A stretch of 64,000 nt of DNA from Candidatus Campbellbacteria bacterium (GCA_034521025.1 JAXHMZ010000005.1:26352-90351); one strand, 5' to 3'. Numbered from the stretch's first letter, positions 1 to 10,543 are shown. Notes: generated by a model from the letters alone, not told the origin. A program made the numbers and translations.

Positions 1-68
1 AATAATCTACGCTGTGGGAATTCACGATACCAGATAAAATAAGCCAAAAGGCCTAATTTAAGCGAATT

Positions 69-100
69 TAAATGCTTCAATCTATAGATTGAAGCATTTA
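69..100. repeat. Perfect 32-bp palindrome TAAATGCTTCAATCTATAGATTGAAGCATTTA (copy 1 of 3)
   Basis: Self-complementary sequence read directly; the same core recurs at 20591-20618 and 51139-51178. Confidence 0.95.
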
Positions 101-110
101 TTTAGCGTAC

Positions 111-737
111 CTAAAAGCTAATTTGTATCTTTTCAATTACCCTCTCGTGAGGATAATCCAATATATCGCGCACCAAGCGATCCTTTACGGATAAGCGATA
201 GTAAAAGTCCTCTGTATCAAAGTAGGCGTACGCTATTTCCCGGCCGATGTCGCTTTCGATCATTTGCAGAGTGCGTTCTATATCCTTTTTGCGGATATTA
301 TCTCCAACGACTAATAGGTCCACTCGGTCGCTTGCTCTTCCCAAGAAAATACCGGCCATTACGACAAACTTGAGTTTTCCGGCCTTTTTGAGTTTTTCGG
401 CTATATCTTTGCGTGCCACTGTATCATCAAAAGACAAGAGTCGCTTCAGCGCGTCCGCGTAAACAAAGCGTGGGTTCAATATATATTCAGTTTCCTGCTT
501 GCTCGACCGTTTACTTTTCGTTTTTTTATCTCCTTTAGTTTTCTTCTTGGACGCCTCTTTTCTTTTTAACATTCCGGTCTTTTCAAGAACCCTAAGCTCT
601 TTTCTTATGGTTGTTTTGGTAAGGCGGGTTTTGGAGGCAATATCAACGGTAGTATAATACTTATTCTCGTTAAACAAGAAAAGGCGCATAACCTTTACGC
701 GTGCCACTCCCCCGAACAGTTGCGATAGTATATCCAT
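111..737 (-). CDS. Winged-helix DNA-binding protein with a C-terminal nucleotidyltransferase-like region
   Basis: N-terminal wHTH-like segment (LFGGVARVKVMRLF...IRKELRVLEKTGML); C-terminal AGIF...DRVDLLVVG resembles a degenerate minimal nucleotidyltransferase motif. Confidence 0.6.
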   Translation of the reverse strand: MDILSQLFGGVARVKVMRLFLFNENKYYTTVDIASKTRLTKTTIRKELRVLEKTGMLKRKEASKKKTKGDKKTKSKRSSKQETEYILNPRFVYADALKRLLSFDDTVARKDIAEKLKKAGKLKFVVMAGIFLGRASDRVDLLVVGDNIRKKDIERTLQMIESDIGREIAYAYFDTEDFYYRLSVKDRLVRDILDYPHERVIEKIQISF

Positions 738-766
738 ACCGGTGAGTATAGCAAATTTAGTGATTC

Positions 767-801
767 AAAAAAAGAAAACCCGCGGGTGCGGGTTTTCTTT
801 T
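767..801 (-). terminator. Intrinsic terminator after rplL (bidirectional shape)
   Basis: AAAAGAAAACCCGC-GGGT-GCGGGTTTTCTTTT stem-loop with A/T tracts on both sides. Confidence 0.8.
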
Positions 802-826
802 GAACTCTCTCTTGATTCTCGATAAA

Positions 827-1396
827 CTATTTCAGTGTAATAGTTCCACCGAGCTCTTCAACCGTTCCTTTGAGCTCTTCAGCTTCTTCTTTCGCCATTC
901 CTTCTTTGAGTACTGCCGGCGCTCCTTCAACCAAGTCTTTCGCCTCTTTTAGACCAAGTCCCAGAGCCGCCTTAACTGCCTTTATAACTCCTATTTTTTG
1001 ATCACCGACATCGGTGAGTTCAACATCATACGAGCTTTTTTCCTCGTCTTCTTCCTCGGCGCCTCCGGCGGCCGGAGCAGCTGCTACGGCTTGAGCGGAA
1101 ACTCCGAATTTATTTTCTAGAAGTTTTACAAGTTCGTTTAACTCCAGAACCGTCATATTCTCTACTTGCTCTACTAGAGCTTTGAACTTTTCCGGAACTT
1201 CTACGTTCTCTCCACTTTCTTCTGAAGACTCCTCTTTTTCTGCGGCTTCTGCCTCAGCCGGAGCTTCTTCCTTTACTTCTTCTTTTTCAGCCGGAGCTTC
1301 TTCTGTTTTAGAAGCAGCCTCTTCTTTCGTTTCCTCGGTTGCCTCTTCCGGTTTGACTTCTTCTTTTGTTGTTTTTGTTTCTTTTTCTTCTGCCAT
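827..1396 (-). CDS. rplL: 50S ribosomal protein L7/L12 with acidic N-terminal extension
   Basis: [21 protein letters not shown] and [27 protein letters not shown] signatures; follows rplJ. Confidence 0.97.
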   Translation of the reverse strand: MAEEKETKTTKEEVKPEEATEETKEEAASKTEEAPAEKEEVKEEAPAEAEAAEKEESSEESGENVEVPEKFKALVEQVENMTVLELNELVKLLENKFGVSAQAVAAAPAAGGAEEEDEEKSSYDVELTDVGDQKIGVIKAVKAALGLGLKEAKDLVEGAPAVLKEGMAKEEAEELKGTVEELGGTITLK

Positions 1397-1410
1397 AATA
1401 ATTGTTTAAA

Positions 1411-1902
1411 CTAAGCTTCCCTTGTCTCCGCTATCTGATGCAGAGCGGAAGCGAATCCTTGTATCGGTGAATTGATAACGTTAACGAACTGCGTGAGAAG
1501 GGTTTCTCGCGATGGAATGGTAGCGATATCGACCATAGAAGATCGATCGTAATATACTCCATCGAATACACCGCCAACTATTGAGAGCGCTCCACCCAGA
1601 CCCTTGCCGAACTCATAGATTTCTCGGGCCGGAGCCAGATGATCCTCTGAGTAAGCCAGGGCGATCTCGCCTTCTAGAGGCGGCTTTTCTCCCTCAAACG
1701 ATTTATTATCAAGCGCGCGATGAATAAGGGTCTTTTTGGCTACATAGTAGCCGACGCTTTTTTCGCGCAAATCGTGGCGCATCTTCGTTGAGTCCTCTAC
1801 ACCGAGTCCTTTGAAGTTGACAAAGACGACGGTAGAAGAATTATCAAGAATATCTTCTACTGTCTTTGCCACCTCCTTTTTCTTGTCTCGTGTAATTGCC
1901 AT
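1411..1902 (-). CDS. rplJ: 50S ribosomal protein L10
   Basis: VVFVNFKGL...VAKKTL...IPSRETLL motifs; upstream of rplL. Confidence 0.96.
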   Translation of the reverse strand: MAITRDKKKEVAKTVEDILDNSSTVVFVNFKGLGVEDSTKMRHDLREKSVGYYVAKKTLIHRALDNKSFEGEKPPLEGEIALAYSEDHLAPAREIYEFGKGLGGALSIVGGVFDGVYYDRSSMVDIATIPSRETLLTQFVNVINSPIQGFASALHQIAETREA

Positions 1903-2036
1903 ATTTTCTGGTAAGTGTCTTACCTGCTGCTCTACTTAGGGTTTTCTAATAATCGGTATTAAAGCTCATATTGCTCTCCTCGGCTCGGAAATACTCAAGG
2001 CTTCGCCTCGGTATTCCTCTCGCTCTACGTCGGCAA

Positions 2037-2160
2037 TAAAAAAGACCTTTGTAAAAAGGCTCAAATCAAAGCATGCATCATCGCGCCCTTTGGCGCTAGC
2101 GTTGCCTCGGCAGGTCATTTACGCGGGAGATTGCCCGCCACCTGCTGTCTCAAGCCTTAC
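2037..2160 (-). promoter_or_regulatory. L10 leader (autoregulatory RNA) with probable attenuator hairpin
   Basis: Minus strand reads AGACAGCAGG...TAAATGACCTGCCGAGG, matching the conserved L10-leader core, followed by a GCCTTT-TTAC-AAAGGT-CTTTTTT hairpin plus U tract, upstream of rplJ. Confidence 0.8.
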
Positions 2161-2279
2161 AGGAGAGATACTACTCCACAAACCCCAACAAGTCAAACGC
2201 TAACACGCCATTTTGCGTTCTTTCTGACAGTCTCAGACGTGGATACATTGAGGGCGGACAGGTGATATACTGAAGATGT

Positions 2280-2660
2280 ATGCAGTTTGCTCTTCAATAT
2301 GTCAGTTGGCATTACTCGCGGGGAGTGCACGACATCGTTGTACTCTGGTCTAATTTTATATGGTTTCTTTCGCACTTTTTCTCCATACCCTTACTCGCCT
2401 CCACCCTATTCTCTCCTTGGAAGAGATTGCACGAGGAGCCCAAAGATGGCTTTGACCTCGAAGATTTCTTCTCCGCCATATTGGTGAACATAATGATGCG
2501 CCTCGTCGGCTTCTTTATGCGCCTGACTATGATAGCCGTGGGGCTAGCTGTTCTCGCGCTCGCTCTCCTCGGTTTGATAATCGATCTCGCCTTTTGGTTG
2601 CTGTGGCCGGCGGTCATTGGAGTGCTATTATTCTTTGGCTTTAGTCTTCTCATCGCGTAA
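2280..2660 (+). CDS. Small membrane protein coupled to the Clp ATPase gene
   Basis: Hydrophobic helices, FFSIPLLASTLFSPWKR motif; ends 2 nt before the ATPase start. Confidence 0.75.
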   Translation: MQFALQYVSWHYSRGVHDIVVLWSNFIWFLSHFFSIPLLASTLFSPWKRLHEEPKDGFDLEDFFSAILVNIMMRLVGFFMRLTMIAVGLAVLALALLGLIIDLAFWLLWPAVIGVLLFFGFSLLIA

Positions 2661-2662
2661 AT

Positions 2663-5143
2663 ATGAACGAAAGAGAAATACAAAGAACATTGAGAAGAAA
2701 CAGCGCCGTACTAACACTCGAACGGGTCTTCCCTAGACGCGTCAGAGGCAACGCTCGCCGAATCGTAACGATAATGATCGTTATATTCGGTTTATTTACG
2801 GCAATGTTGTTCTTTTTGGGCAATAGCGACTTTATAAACGAGAGCGACGTTCCCTCTATTCTCAATAATCTAGCCCTTGAGATAACACGCTTCGTCGGCG
2901 CCCTATTTATCCTCACCGTCTTGTGGTTAATTCTCGTAACTCTAGATTTTTTCTACTACTCCAACTATTTCGACGGGTTCAAAAGCACCATCAGTCGCAT
3001 AGAGCTATACAAACGACGAGACGGATTGAGTTTTGCTCTTTTAAAACTACTTGACGGGCATAGAAACGAGAAAGACCTGGCGCAAATCGCCTTCCGATCA
3101 GCTCAAGCCCACGAATTGGTAAACCGTTTGGGCATTCCCTTTAGAGAGCTCAGGAATTTTCTCAAGGAAAATGATCTTGGTATTCCCAAAGAGTTCCCTC
3201 TGCGAGAAAACGGCAAAATGATCTTGATCAGAGATATAATTGCTCTTTCATACCACAAAAGCCCCGCCATACAAGACTTCTTCTTCAAACGGGGTGTAAA
3301 TTCCGATATTTTCTACGGCGCTTTGGAATGGACAGAGGTTATGCGCCGCGAGCGCCTGCGCAACCTTACCTGGTGGTCACGTATCAATCTCGGAGAGATA
3401 TCCGGTATCGCCAAGGACTGGGCGTACGGCGGGGCGTATACTTTGCGCCGCTACGCGACAGAAATTCGCGCACGCCGTACACATGCCGGTACTTCCGTAC
3501 TGCACGCGCGAGATGAAATAGAAACCATACTTTCCAAGTCACGTGAAGCGAACGCGCTTTTGGTAGGAGCGCGAGGAGGCGGACGAGACCAAGTAATATC
3601 TGATTTTGCCGCTCGTGTTTACGAAGGCAAGTCTCCGGCGCCGCTTGAAGGAAAGCATATATTCCGACTGGATTCTGTGGCTCTGTCCACCAACAATCCC
3701 GACAAGCATTCTTTTGAAAGCGAGCTTTTAAAGCTTTTGAACGACAGCGTTCGCGCCGGCAATATAATTCTCGTCATAGACAACATATCCGACTTTCTCC
3801 TCAACGCGAGATCGATCGGCGTTGACGTAAGAGAGATCTTTGATCCGTTCCTCGCGAGCGACTCTCTTCAACTCGTAGCTACCGCCACCCCCGAAGAAGT
3901 TGAAACTTCGCTAAGGGACTTCCCTTTCACGCGTACCAGGTTTGAAAAGATAAGAGTAAAAATAGACGATAATAAAGAGCTTATCTCGCTGTTATCCTAC
4001 GCCGCTTTGAATATTGAAGCTCGCTCTGATGTATTTTTCACCTTCCAGAGTCTCGCTAAAACTGCTGATCTGGCACGGAGCGCGCTAGTTGACTCCACTC
4101 TCCCTGATGACGCTGTAGATATACTCTACGAGGCCGCCGCGGGAGCCAAGACAAGTAACTCTCCTATCATCACTGAAACGGAGATAGAGACTCTGATATC
4201 AAACCGCACCGGCATACCAGTCGGCAAAGCGAGCGCGTCTGAACGCGAAGAACTGCTAAAACTAGAAGAGAACCTGTCCTCTATGGTGGTCGGCCAAACT
4301 GACGCACTCAAGGCCGTATCAAACGCGCTCAGAAGAAACCGAGCCGGCATCGGAGAAGACGATCGCCCGATGGGCTCTTTCCTCTTCCTCGGCCCTACCG
4401 GAGTTGGCAAAACCCAAGTAGCGCGCTCCTTGGAAGCGACCCTTTTTGACGAGAATGGAGTTATGCACCGTTTGGATATGTCAGAATTCCAGAATGAAAA
4501 CGCTCTAGACCGTCTAATCGGAAGCATAGACTCAAAATCACCGGGAATATTGGAAGAAAAGATCAATCGCTCCCCTTACGGTATCCTTCTTCTGGATGAA
4601 TTCGAAAAGGCACACGGAAACGTTCATAACCTGTTTTTGCAGATATTGGACGAAGGATTCTTTGCTAACTCCCACGGCAAAAGAGTTAATATGAGCAATC
4701 TGATAATTATCGCCACCTCGAACGCCGGCAACCAGGAAATACAAGCGGCCGCCAAGTCATCAACTGATCTCTCGGCTTTCAAAGACGAACTGATCTCCAC
4801 CCTTATAAACGATCAGATATTCCGGCCGGAACTCCTAAACCGCTTTGACGAAGTCGTATTGTTCGAGCCGTTATCAAAAGATGATCTGCGAGCCATCGCA
4901 AAGCTTGAGCTCGAAAAACTGGCGGAACGGACAGAGTCAACCAGAGTGCGTATAAATATAACCGACGAACTTGTAGAATTCCTCGCCGAGAAAGGATACG
5001 ACCCGCGTTTCGGAGCAAGAGAAATGAAGCGCGTAATACAAGACTCCATAGAACGCGTACTCTCCGAGAAAATATTAAAGGGTGAAGCGCTTCCCGGCTC
5101 AACCGTGTCACTTTCAAGAGAGGAGCTGGAAAAAGCCCTGTAA
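2663..5143 (+). CDS. ClpA/ClpB/ClpC-family AAA+ ATPase with N-terminal transmembrane helices
   Basis: Second AAA module intact (FLFLGPTGVGKT, LLLDEFEKAH, FRPELLNRFD, GYDPRFGAR); first module degenerate; two N-terminal hydrophobic segments. Confidence 0.9.
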   Translation: MNEREIQRTLRRNSAVLTLERVFPRRVRGNARRIVTIMIVIFGLFTAMLFFLGNSDFINESDVPSILNNLALEITRFVGALFILTVLWLILVTLDFFYYSNYFDGFKSTISRIELYKRRDGLSFALLKLLDGHRNEKDLAQIAFRSAQAHELVNRLGIPFRELRNFLKENDLGIPKEFPLRENGKMILIRDIIALSYHKSPAIQDFFFKRGVNSDIFYGALEWTEVMRRERLRNLTWWSRINLGEISGIAKDWAYGGAYTLRRYATEIRARRTHAGTSVLHARDEIETILSKSREANALLVGARGGGRDQVISDFAARVYEGKSPAPLEGKHIFRLDSVALSTNNPDKHSFESELLKLLNDSVRAGNIILVIDNISDFLLNARSIGVDVREIFDPFLASDSLQLVATATPEEVETSLRDFPFTRTRFEKIRVKIDDNKELISLLSYAALNIEARSDVFFTFQSLAKTADLARSALVDSTLPDDAVDILYEAAAGAKTSNSPIITETEIETLISNRTGIPVGKASASEREELLKLEENLSSMVVGQTDALKAVSNALRRNRAGIGEDDRPMGSFLFLGPTGVGKTQVARSLEATLFDENGVMHRLDMSEFQNENALDRLIGSIDSKSPGILEEKINRSPYGILLLDEFEKAHGNVHNLFLQILDEGFFANSHGKRVNMSNLIIIATSNAGNQEIQAAAKSSTDLSAFKDELISTLINDQIFRPELLNRFDEVVLFEPLSKDDLRAIAKLELEKLAERTESTRVRINITDELVEFLAEKGYDPRFGAREMKRVIQDSIERVLSEKILKGEALPGSTVSLSREELEKAL

Positions 5144-5156
5144 ACTCGTCCTTACC

Positions 5157-5327
5157 CTACTCCACTATATTTTGCTCTGTATTATCGGGCCCGGCCGGCG
5201 ATACCTCCACTCCGGAGTTATTTTCTTCCAAGTATGACAGTACCTCAAAGAGAGACAGCGAGATTATTATGATAACTACAAAGACCACCATAAACTTGAG
5301 TGAAGTACTGTTGAGATAGTCTTTCAT
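5157..5327 (-). CDS. Small single-pass membrane protein (56 aa, not in the supplied ORF track)
   Basis: ATG 5327 to TAG 5157: MKDYLNSTSLKFMVVFVVIIIISLSLFEVLSYLEENN...; TGGTATACT -10-like box upstream. Confidence 0.55.
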   Translation of the reverse strand: MKDYLNSTSLKFMVVFVVIIIISLSLFEVLSYLEENNSGVEVSPAGPDNTEQNIVE

Positions 5328-5348
5328 AAAGTTACCTCAAGTATACCA

Positions 5349-5387
5349 AAAAACTCCCTCCGCCAAATGTCCGGCGGAGGGAGTTTT
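5349..5387 (-). terminator. Intrinsic terminator after the TPR gene
   Basis: AAAACTCCCTCCGCC...GGCGGAGGGAGTTTT inverted repeat. Confidence 0.8.
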
Positions 5388-5397
5388 GTTGAAAACT

Positions 5398-6087
5398 CTA
5401 TTGGTTGTTCTCTTCGTTTATCAATGCTTCCAGACGAGCGATCTGCTCAGCATATATGGCGTCATACTGAGGATTCAGCGCGGCCGCCTCTTGCCAGTAC
5501 TGCAGTGCCTCCTCGAATTCCCCTTGGTCTTCTAGGTAATAGGCGTAAGTAACAAGAGAGCCGGTAGCGCGATCTGTCGCTTCTATGGCTTGCTCTATCC
5601 TCGCTTTAAGCTCTTCGCCTCCCACGTCAAACTGGTTTTTCTCGAGCTCTATAAGAAGGTTCCAATAGGCGAAGTTCTCCGGATGATTTTCGGTCGCTTC
5701 CACCAAGACGTCTCTCGCGCGATCATAGTTCTCCGCTTCTGCCTCCATATCATAGATAGCCCTGATCGCTTCCTGTGGATCTTCGGTGTACTCTATGGCG
5801 TTTTCGTAGGCGCTTCGCGCCGCTCGCAAATCCCCTATACGCGCGCTTGCGTTACCGATTATCATATATTCGTTGTAGTAGGCCTTGTCGTTCTCTTCTT
5901 CCCTTCTGTCAAAATCCCTGATCGCCTCTCTAGACTCAGAGATAACCTCTTCCTGTTGCGCTATCTCCTCTGAGGATAGTCCGGTATCGCGTCTCTCAAG
6001 GGCGTTTTCCGGCACCAGCAGGGCCACCGCTATGAGTGCCACCAGAACCGTACCGGCTACAAGTATAATTCTAATTTTTTCTTTCAT
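5398..6087 (-). CDS. Membrane-anchored tetratricopeptide-repeat protein
   Basis: N-terminal TM helix; TPR-like repeats (ARSAYENAIE, YAYYLEDQGEFEEALQYWQEAAALNP). Confidence 0.8.
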   Translation of the reverse strand: MKEKIRIILVAGTVLVALIAVALLVPENALERRDTGLSSEEIAQQEEVISESREAIRDFDRREEENDKAYYNEYMIIGNASARIGDLRAARSAYENAIEYTEDPQEAIRAIYDMEAEAENYDRARDVLVEATENHPENFAYWNLLIELEKNQFDVGGEELKARIEQAIEATDRATGSLVTYAYYLEDQGEFEEALQYWQEAAALNPQYDAIYAEQIARLEALINEENNQ

Positions 6088-6148
6088 TTTTGTTCCGTTT
6101 AGTTTTTGTCTCTTTTGCTATGCCCCCAATTGTAGCAAAAGAGAAACA

Positions 6149-6190
6149 AAAGACAATAAAACCCGCAAGTATAGCGGGTTTTATTGTCTT
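6149..6190 (-). terminator. Long-stem terminator after surface-protein paralog A
   Basis: AAGACAATAAAACCCGC-loop-GCGGGTTTTATTGTCTT inverted repeat. Confidence 0.75.
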
Positions 6191-6212
6191 TATCGTCTCA
6201 ACCTTTATCTGT

Positions 6213-7856
6213 CTACTCTGAGATATTAACTTGATCGGTGTCTATACTTTCACCGCTTACGTCTATTTCTGTAGTGCTGGTCGTACCATCTGAGTTAGTG
6301 CTTACGAAATATGACTCTAATTTCATTCCGTAGGTACCGGTACCGTTATCACTAGCTCCATCAGGGTCCGCCTCTACTTCAATTCCAAAGGTTTCAGTCG
6401 CGCCCTCGGCTATTTCATAGGCGCCCCCAGAAAGAGTAGCCGAGGAGCTAGAGATAGAAGCGGTCTCACTCGCTACTTGGTTGTCGTGTCCGGTCATCGT
6501 GTAGAAGAATCCACTGTCTCCACCGTTTGTCACATTATCTACGTCGTCACTGATGTAGTGCGTACCTGACTTGGAAGTGATCTCCACTACAACTTCGAAT
6601 ATTCCAACAGTTCCTTCATCCGTTGCTTGCGCACTTTGGGCAGCCTGCGTGATGGTCAGAATGTCAGAGATCACATCGTGTATTACACCGGAGCCAATTC
6701 CGATGTTTTCTTGATCAGCACCATTAAGGTTTTCATCAAGCGCGGTAATTTCATCAAGCTCCGCTTCAATGGTGTCTGGTGTTGAGAAGTTTGAAGCCTG
6801 ATTAAAGTCTACTTCAACCGTCATCGGCTCCTCTAGATTTTCGACTAACTCATAATCCAAACTATTAAAAGTGACCGTCTCTACAGAGGAGGATGAACTT
6901 GGTGAAACCGAGCTCAAGAGAGTACCATCACCATAAAGACGAGCTTCTGAGATCATATCTCCCACGTTGCTAGAATCTGTTCTCAATATAACTTCTACAG
7001 ATTTGATAGTTATATCCTGGATCTGGGCGCTAACATTATACTTGAGTAGTTCTACATCAGTCGTAGCTGAGTTATCTTCCACGACAAATGTGCTTTGCTC
7101 TGGGGAGTTCGAGTTCGGGTCAACGCTGAGCGTGCCGGACTCGGTCTCGTTAGTTGCCGTGTCGTCCTCTGTGTCGTCTTCTTCTCCCGGCTCTTCATCG
7201 TCTGTGTCGTCGTTAGTCGTATCATCGTCGGTGTCGTCCCCTGTGTCATCGGTTTCATCGTCGGTTGATCCTTCATCCGTCTCCGACTCTTCTTCCGAGC
7301 TTTCTTCGTCTCCATCGTCACCATCATCTCCGTCGTCGCCATCGTCACCATCACCTGCGGTGATGATAGCGTTGGCTTGAGCACGGGTTGATGGTCCGAA
7401 GTATCCTGTTCCCGCGGAAAGACCGAGGGGTGTAAGGATCTGTGAAGAGTAAGCTCCTTGGAAGTCAGTTACAGCGGCTGCTGTAAGTGGTCCGTAGTAA
7501 CTTGTCTCCTGTCCAGGAGATCCTGCTCCGCTTGCAGAAACTCTAAAGCCTCTCGCATTGAGGAACTCTTGGAGTCTTAATACTTCAGTTCCGGTAGAAC
7601 CTACTCCCATGGAGCGGGTGAACGGAGTGAAGTCTCCACTAACTGAAGCGTTCTGAGCGTCCACTTGGGCTTGAAGTCTCTCAATAGCGAGCTCAAGCTG
7701 CTCTATAACCTTCAATAGCTCTGCCGGATCATTCTGCGCTTTCACTGTCTCTGTTTTGTTGAAGCTAAAGAAAGTCCCCATTGCCATAAAGGCAACCACA
7801 AGCGCGAGGCCGAGAAATCTCAGCGCGAATGTGTTTTGATTTTTGTCTAAATTCAT
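6213..7856 (-). CDS. Acidic cell-surface / S-layer-like protein with peptidoglycan-binding domain (paralog A, intact)
   Basis: Signal peptide, short coiled coil, PG-binding-like domain (FTRSMGVGSTGTEVLRLQEFLN...YYGPLTAAAVTDFQ...GTGYFGPSTRA), D/E/T linker, beta-rich domains; start taken at MNLDK (7856). Confidence 0.8.
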   Translation of the reverse strand: MNLDKNQNTFALRFLGLALVVAFMAMGTFFSFNKTETVKAQNDPAELLKVIEQLELAIERLQAQVDAQNASVSGDFTPFTRSMGVGSTGTEVLRLQEFLNARGFRVSASGAGSPGQETSYYGPLTAAAVTDFQGAYSSQILTPLGLSAGTGYFGPSTRAQANAIITAGDGDDGDDGDDGDDGDEESSEEESETDEGSTDDETDDTGDDTDDDTTNDDTDDEEPGEEDDTEDDTATNETESGTLSVDPNSNSPEQSTFVVEDNSATTDVELLKYNVSAQIQDITIKSVEVILRTDSSNVGDMISEARLYGDGTLLSSVSPSSSSSVETVTFNSLDYELVENLEEPMTVEVDFNQASNFSTPDTIEAELDEITALDENLNGADQENIGIGSGVIHDVISDILTITQAAQSAQATDEGTVGIFEVVVEITSKSGTHYISDDVDNVTNGGDSGFFYTMTGHDNQVASETASISSSSATLSGGAYEIAEGATETFGIEVEADPDGASDNGTGTYGMKLESYFVSTNSDGTTSTTEIDVSGESIDTDQVNISE

Positions 7857-7959
7857 AAATTTGTAATCTTGATATTCGATTAAACTCGTATAAATGTGTT
7901 GTTCCAATATTATACCGCATACAGTTTTTCTCGTAGTCCAAAATGTGGATTATCCCAAC

Positions 7960-7997
7960 ACAAAAACCCCCTCGCCACGTATGTGGGAGGGGGTTTT
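7960..7997 (-). terminator. Terminator after surface-protein paralog B
   Basis: ACAAAAACCCCCTC...GAGGGGGTTTTG stem-loop. Confidence 0.75.
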
Positions 7998-8039
7998 GTT
8001 GAGCCTCGCTCAGCTGTGCGCGTAAGAGAGTAAACTTAC

Positions 8040-10543
8040 TTAGGATCCGATATGCTCTTTATCCGTCTCGATGTTCTCACTGGTTACATCCACTTCTGCC
8101 GTACTTGTCGTACCGTCGCTATTCGTTGTGATCCAGTATTCGGAGAGTTGAAGTCCGTAGAATCCGGCCGCGTCAGGAGTAGGTATATCGGGATCTACGA
8201 CAGCCGTAAGCGTAAATGTTTCGCTCTGTCCTTCACGAACGAGATAGCTCGTATCCGTACCGCCGGTAAAGGCAGTGAGAGCCGCAGCTCCGCTAGCCGC
8301 TTCAGCTAGATAAGCTGAGTTGAGAGAGATGTTACCAACGCTTCCAACCGTATCTTGCGTGAGCGTCAACGTACCGTCACTGTTATCGGTTGACGTTACG
8401 TCAAGCGCAGCGCCGGTGCCATCGATTGCTGTGTCAAGCGTCGCTGCGACATTTGCCGCAGTCGTATCTCCGTCAATGGCAACTTCTACACCACCCGCGA
8501 TACCGTTTGCTGCCTGACATTCTGCTGCCGTACTCGTGTCGTCTGTTAACCCAGCATCCGTGTCAAACCAGAAACAGACAGCGGTTGCGGCGGCAGGGTT
8601 GTTGCTCGCCTCGTGGAGAATAAAGTAGTCATTGTTCGCGAGGTTCGCCTGCGTATCTACCGTAAGGGTCGATGTTGCCGCGACCTCAGAACCGGTTGTG
8701 TCAGCTGCTGTGGCAAGTGACGTTGATTCACTATCCACCTGAGTTGCTTCACCGGTAAGCGTATAGAAGAATCCGTTGTCACTTGCGACAGCGTTCTTGC
8801 GCACGTTGCCGAGCCGCGTCGTCTGGATGTAAGCAGCCCATCTTTCGATCGCAGTCAGGTCAAACGTGAGCTTGAGCGTCGACTGATCAGCAGCATCATT
8901 GACGCTGCTCGTCTGCGACCAATCACTCCACAACAACGGTCGTTGTCGTCACATCTGGTGCCTGCGTTCCCGCGACCGATATCAAGGTTTGCTGATGCTG
9001 AGGCCTGGAACAGTTTCGAAGTTCTTGATCTCTGCGGTCATCGCTTCAAGGTCAACCTCGAAGGGGATCACCGTCGGTGAATCCGGTATTCGATGTTGCG
9101 TAGAAGTCAACTTCTACAGAGAACTCAACCTCGCTGTCCTGCTCAATGAGGTACTCAAGGTCGCCGCTGCCATTGAAGGTAACGGTTTGATTGCTCGTAC
9201 CACTGAGTCCACTCGTTGACGTCGTGTCAATAAGATCACCGTCAGCGTAGAGTCGGGCACGACGAACCATGTCTTCTACGGGACTTGATGTCGTGTTGAA
9301 GTTCACATCAACTGTGTTGACAGTGATATCCTGGTCTTCTGCCATTGCGTCGAACGAGAGTACGTGTACGTCATTCGTTCGGTTGTTTGCATCAACCTGG
9401 AATATTGTCTCATCAGGGCGAAGTTCGTGCTTGACGAAACGTCGAGCGTTCCGGCTCCGAAGCTCGCCGTCGAAGTCGATGTCGACATCAGCAACATCGT
9501 TGTCATTGCCGGGTCCGTATCCGATGAGACCTGCTCCGTCCACGAAGCGCGATACGGTCAAGAAATCGATGGTCGGCGACAACCGTGGCGCCTAGCACGG
9601 CTACCCGCGAGGGTATCGTGTACCTCGACTTCGAGTGAAAGCTCGACAGTCTCACCTTCTCGTACGATCTCATCGAGACCGGAGAAGCGTGCTCGCCATT
9701 CAGAGCCGACTTCTGAGAAGTTGTCTGAATCGTCTTCAAGCGCTGCTACTTCAGTTCCGTCGACCATAAGTCGGACTTCACTGAAGTATAGCCATGGACG
9801 TGAATCAAACATAAAGTCAACGCGGTTGAGCTCGACGTCTGCATCTTGTGCTTCAACGTCTGCTTCAACCGTTAGGTCAGAGTCACCTGTGTCGATCTCA
9901 ACGGATCCGACACTGAGGTCACTGACGTTGATGAACCCTTCACCTCCGGAGAGGCCTTCGTCATCGGAGTCATCGCTGTCGTCGCTGTCGTCTGAATCGT
10001 CACTGTCGTCTCCATCGTCGCTGTCCTCACTGTCGTCACCATCACCTGCGGTGATGAGGGCGTTAGCTTGAGTACGGGTTGATGGTCCAAAGTATCCCGT
10101 TCCCGCGGAAAGACCGAGGGGTGCAAGGATCTGTGAAGAGTAAGCTCCTTGGAAGTCAGTTACAGCGGCTGCTGTAAGTGGTCCATAGTAGCTTGTCTCC
10201 TGTCCAGGAGATCCCGCTCCGCTAGCGGCTACAGTCGTAAAGCCGTTGGCGTTGAGGAACTCTTGGAGTCTCATTACTTCAGTTCCGGGTAGCACCTACT
10301 CCCATGGAGCGGGTGAACGGAGTGAAAGTTCATGCCACTGATGCTTGGCCGTCAATTTGCGCTTGCATACTCGGCGATCTTCGCTTCGAGTTGTGCAATG
10401 ATCGCTGCTAGGTCTTCTGAATCGCTTTGTGCTCTTGTGCTTGGTAAGCACCGGCAAAAGCGAATGTCGCTACAAGAGCGAGGACCGCGACGAACCCAAT
10501 GGACCTTGTAGGTAATTGCATTTCGCATTTCGTATAAACTCAT
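8040..10543 (-). pseudogene. Acidic surface-protein paralog B, broken into at least four ORFs by indels (true pseudogene or consensus error)
   Basis: Fragments 10352-10543, 9558-10295, 9052-9582 and 8040-8936 are collinear with paralog C (same start MSLYEMRNAITYKV, same PG-binding and Ig-like domains). Confidence 0.8.

Noticed and set aside
7300-7350. DGDD-encoding 9-bp tandem repeats as a phase-variation switch
   Set aside because: Unit length is a multiple of three, so copy changes alter linker length only.
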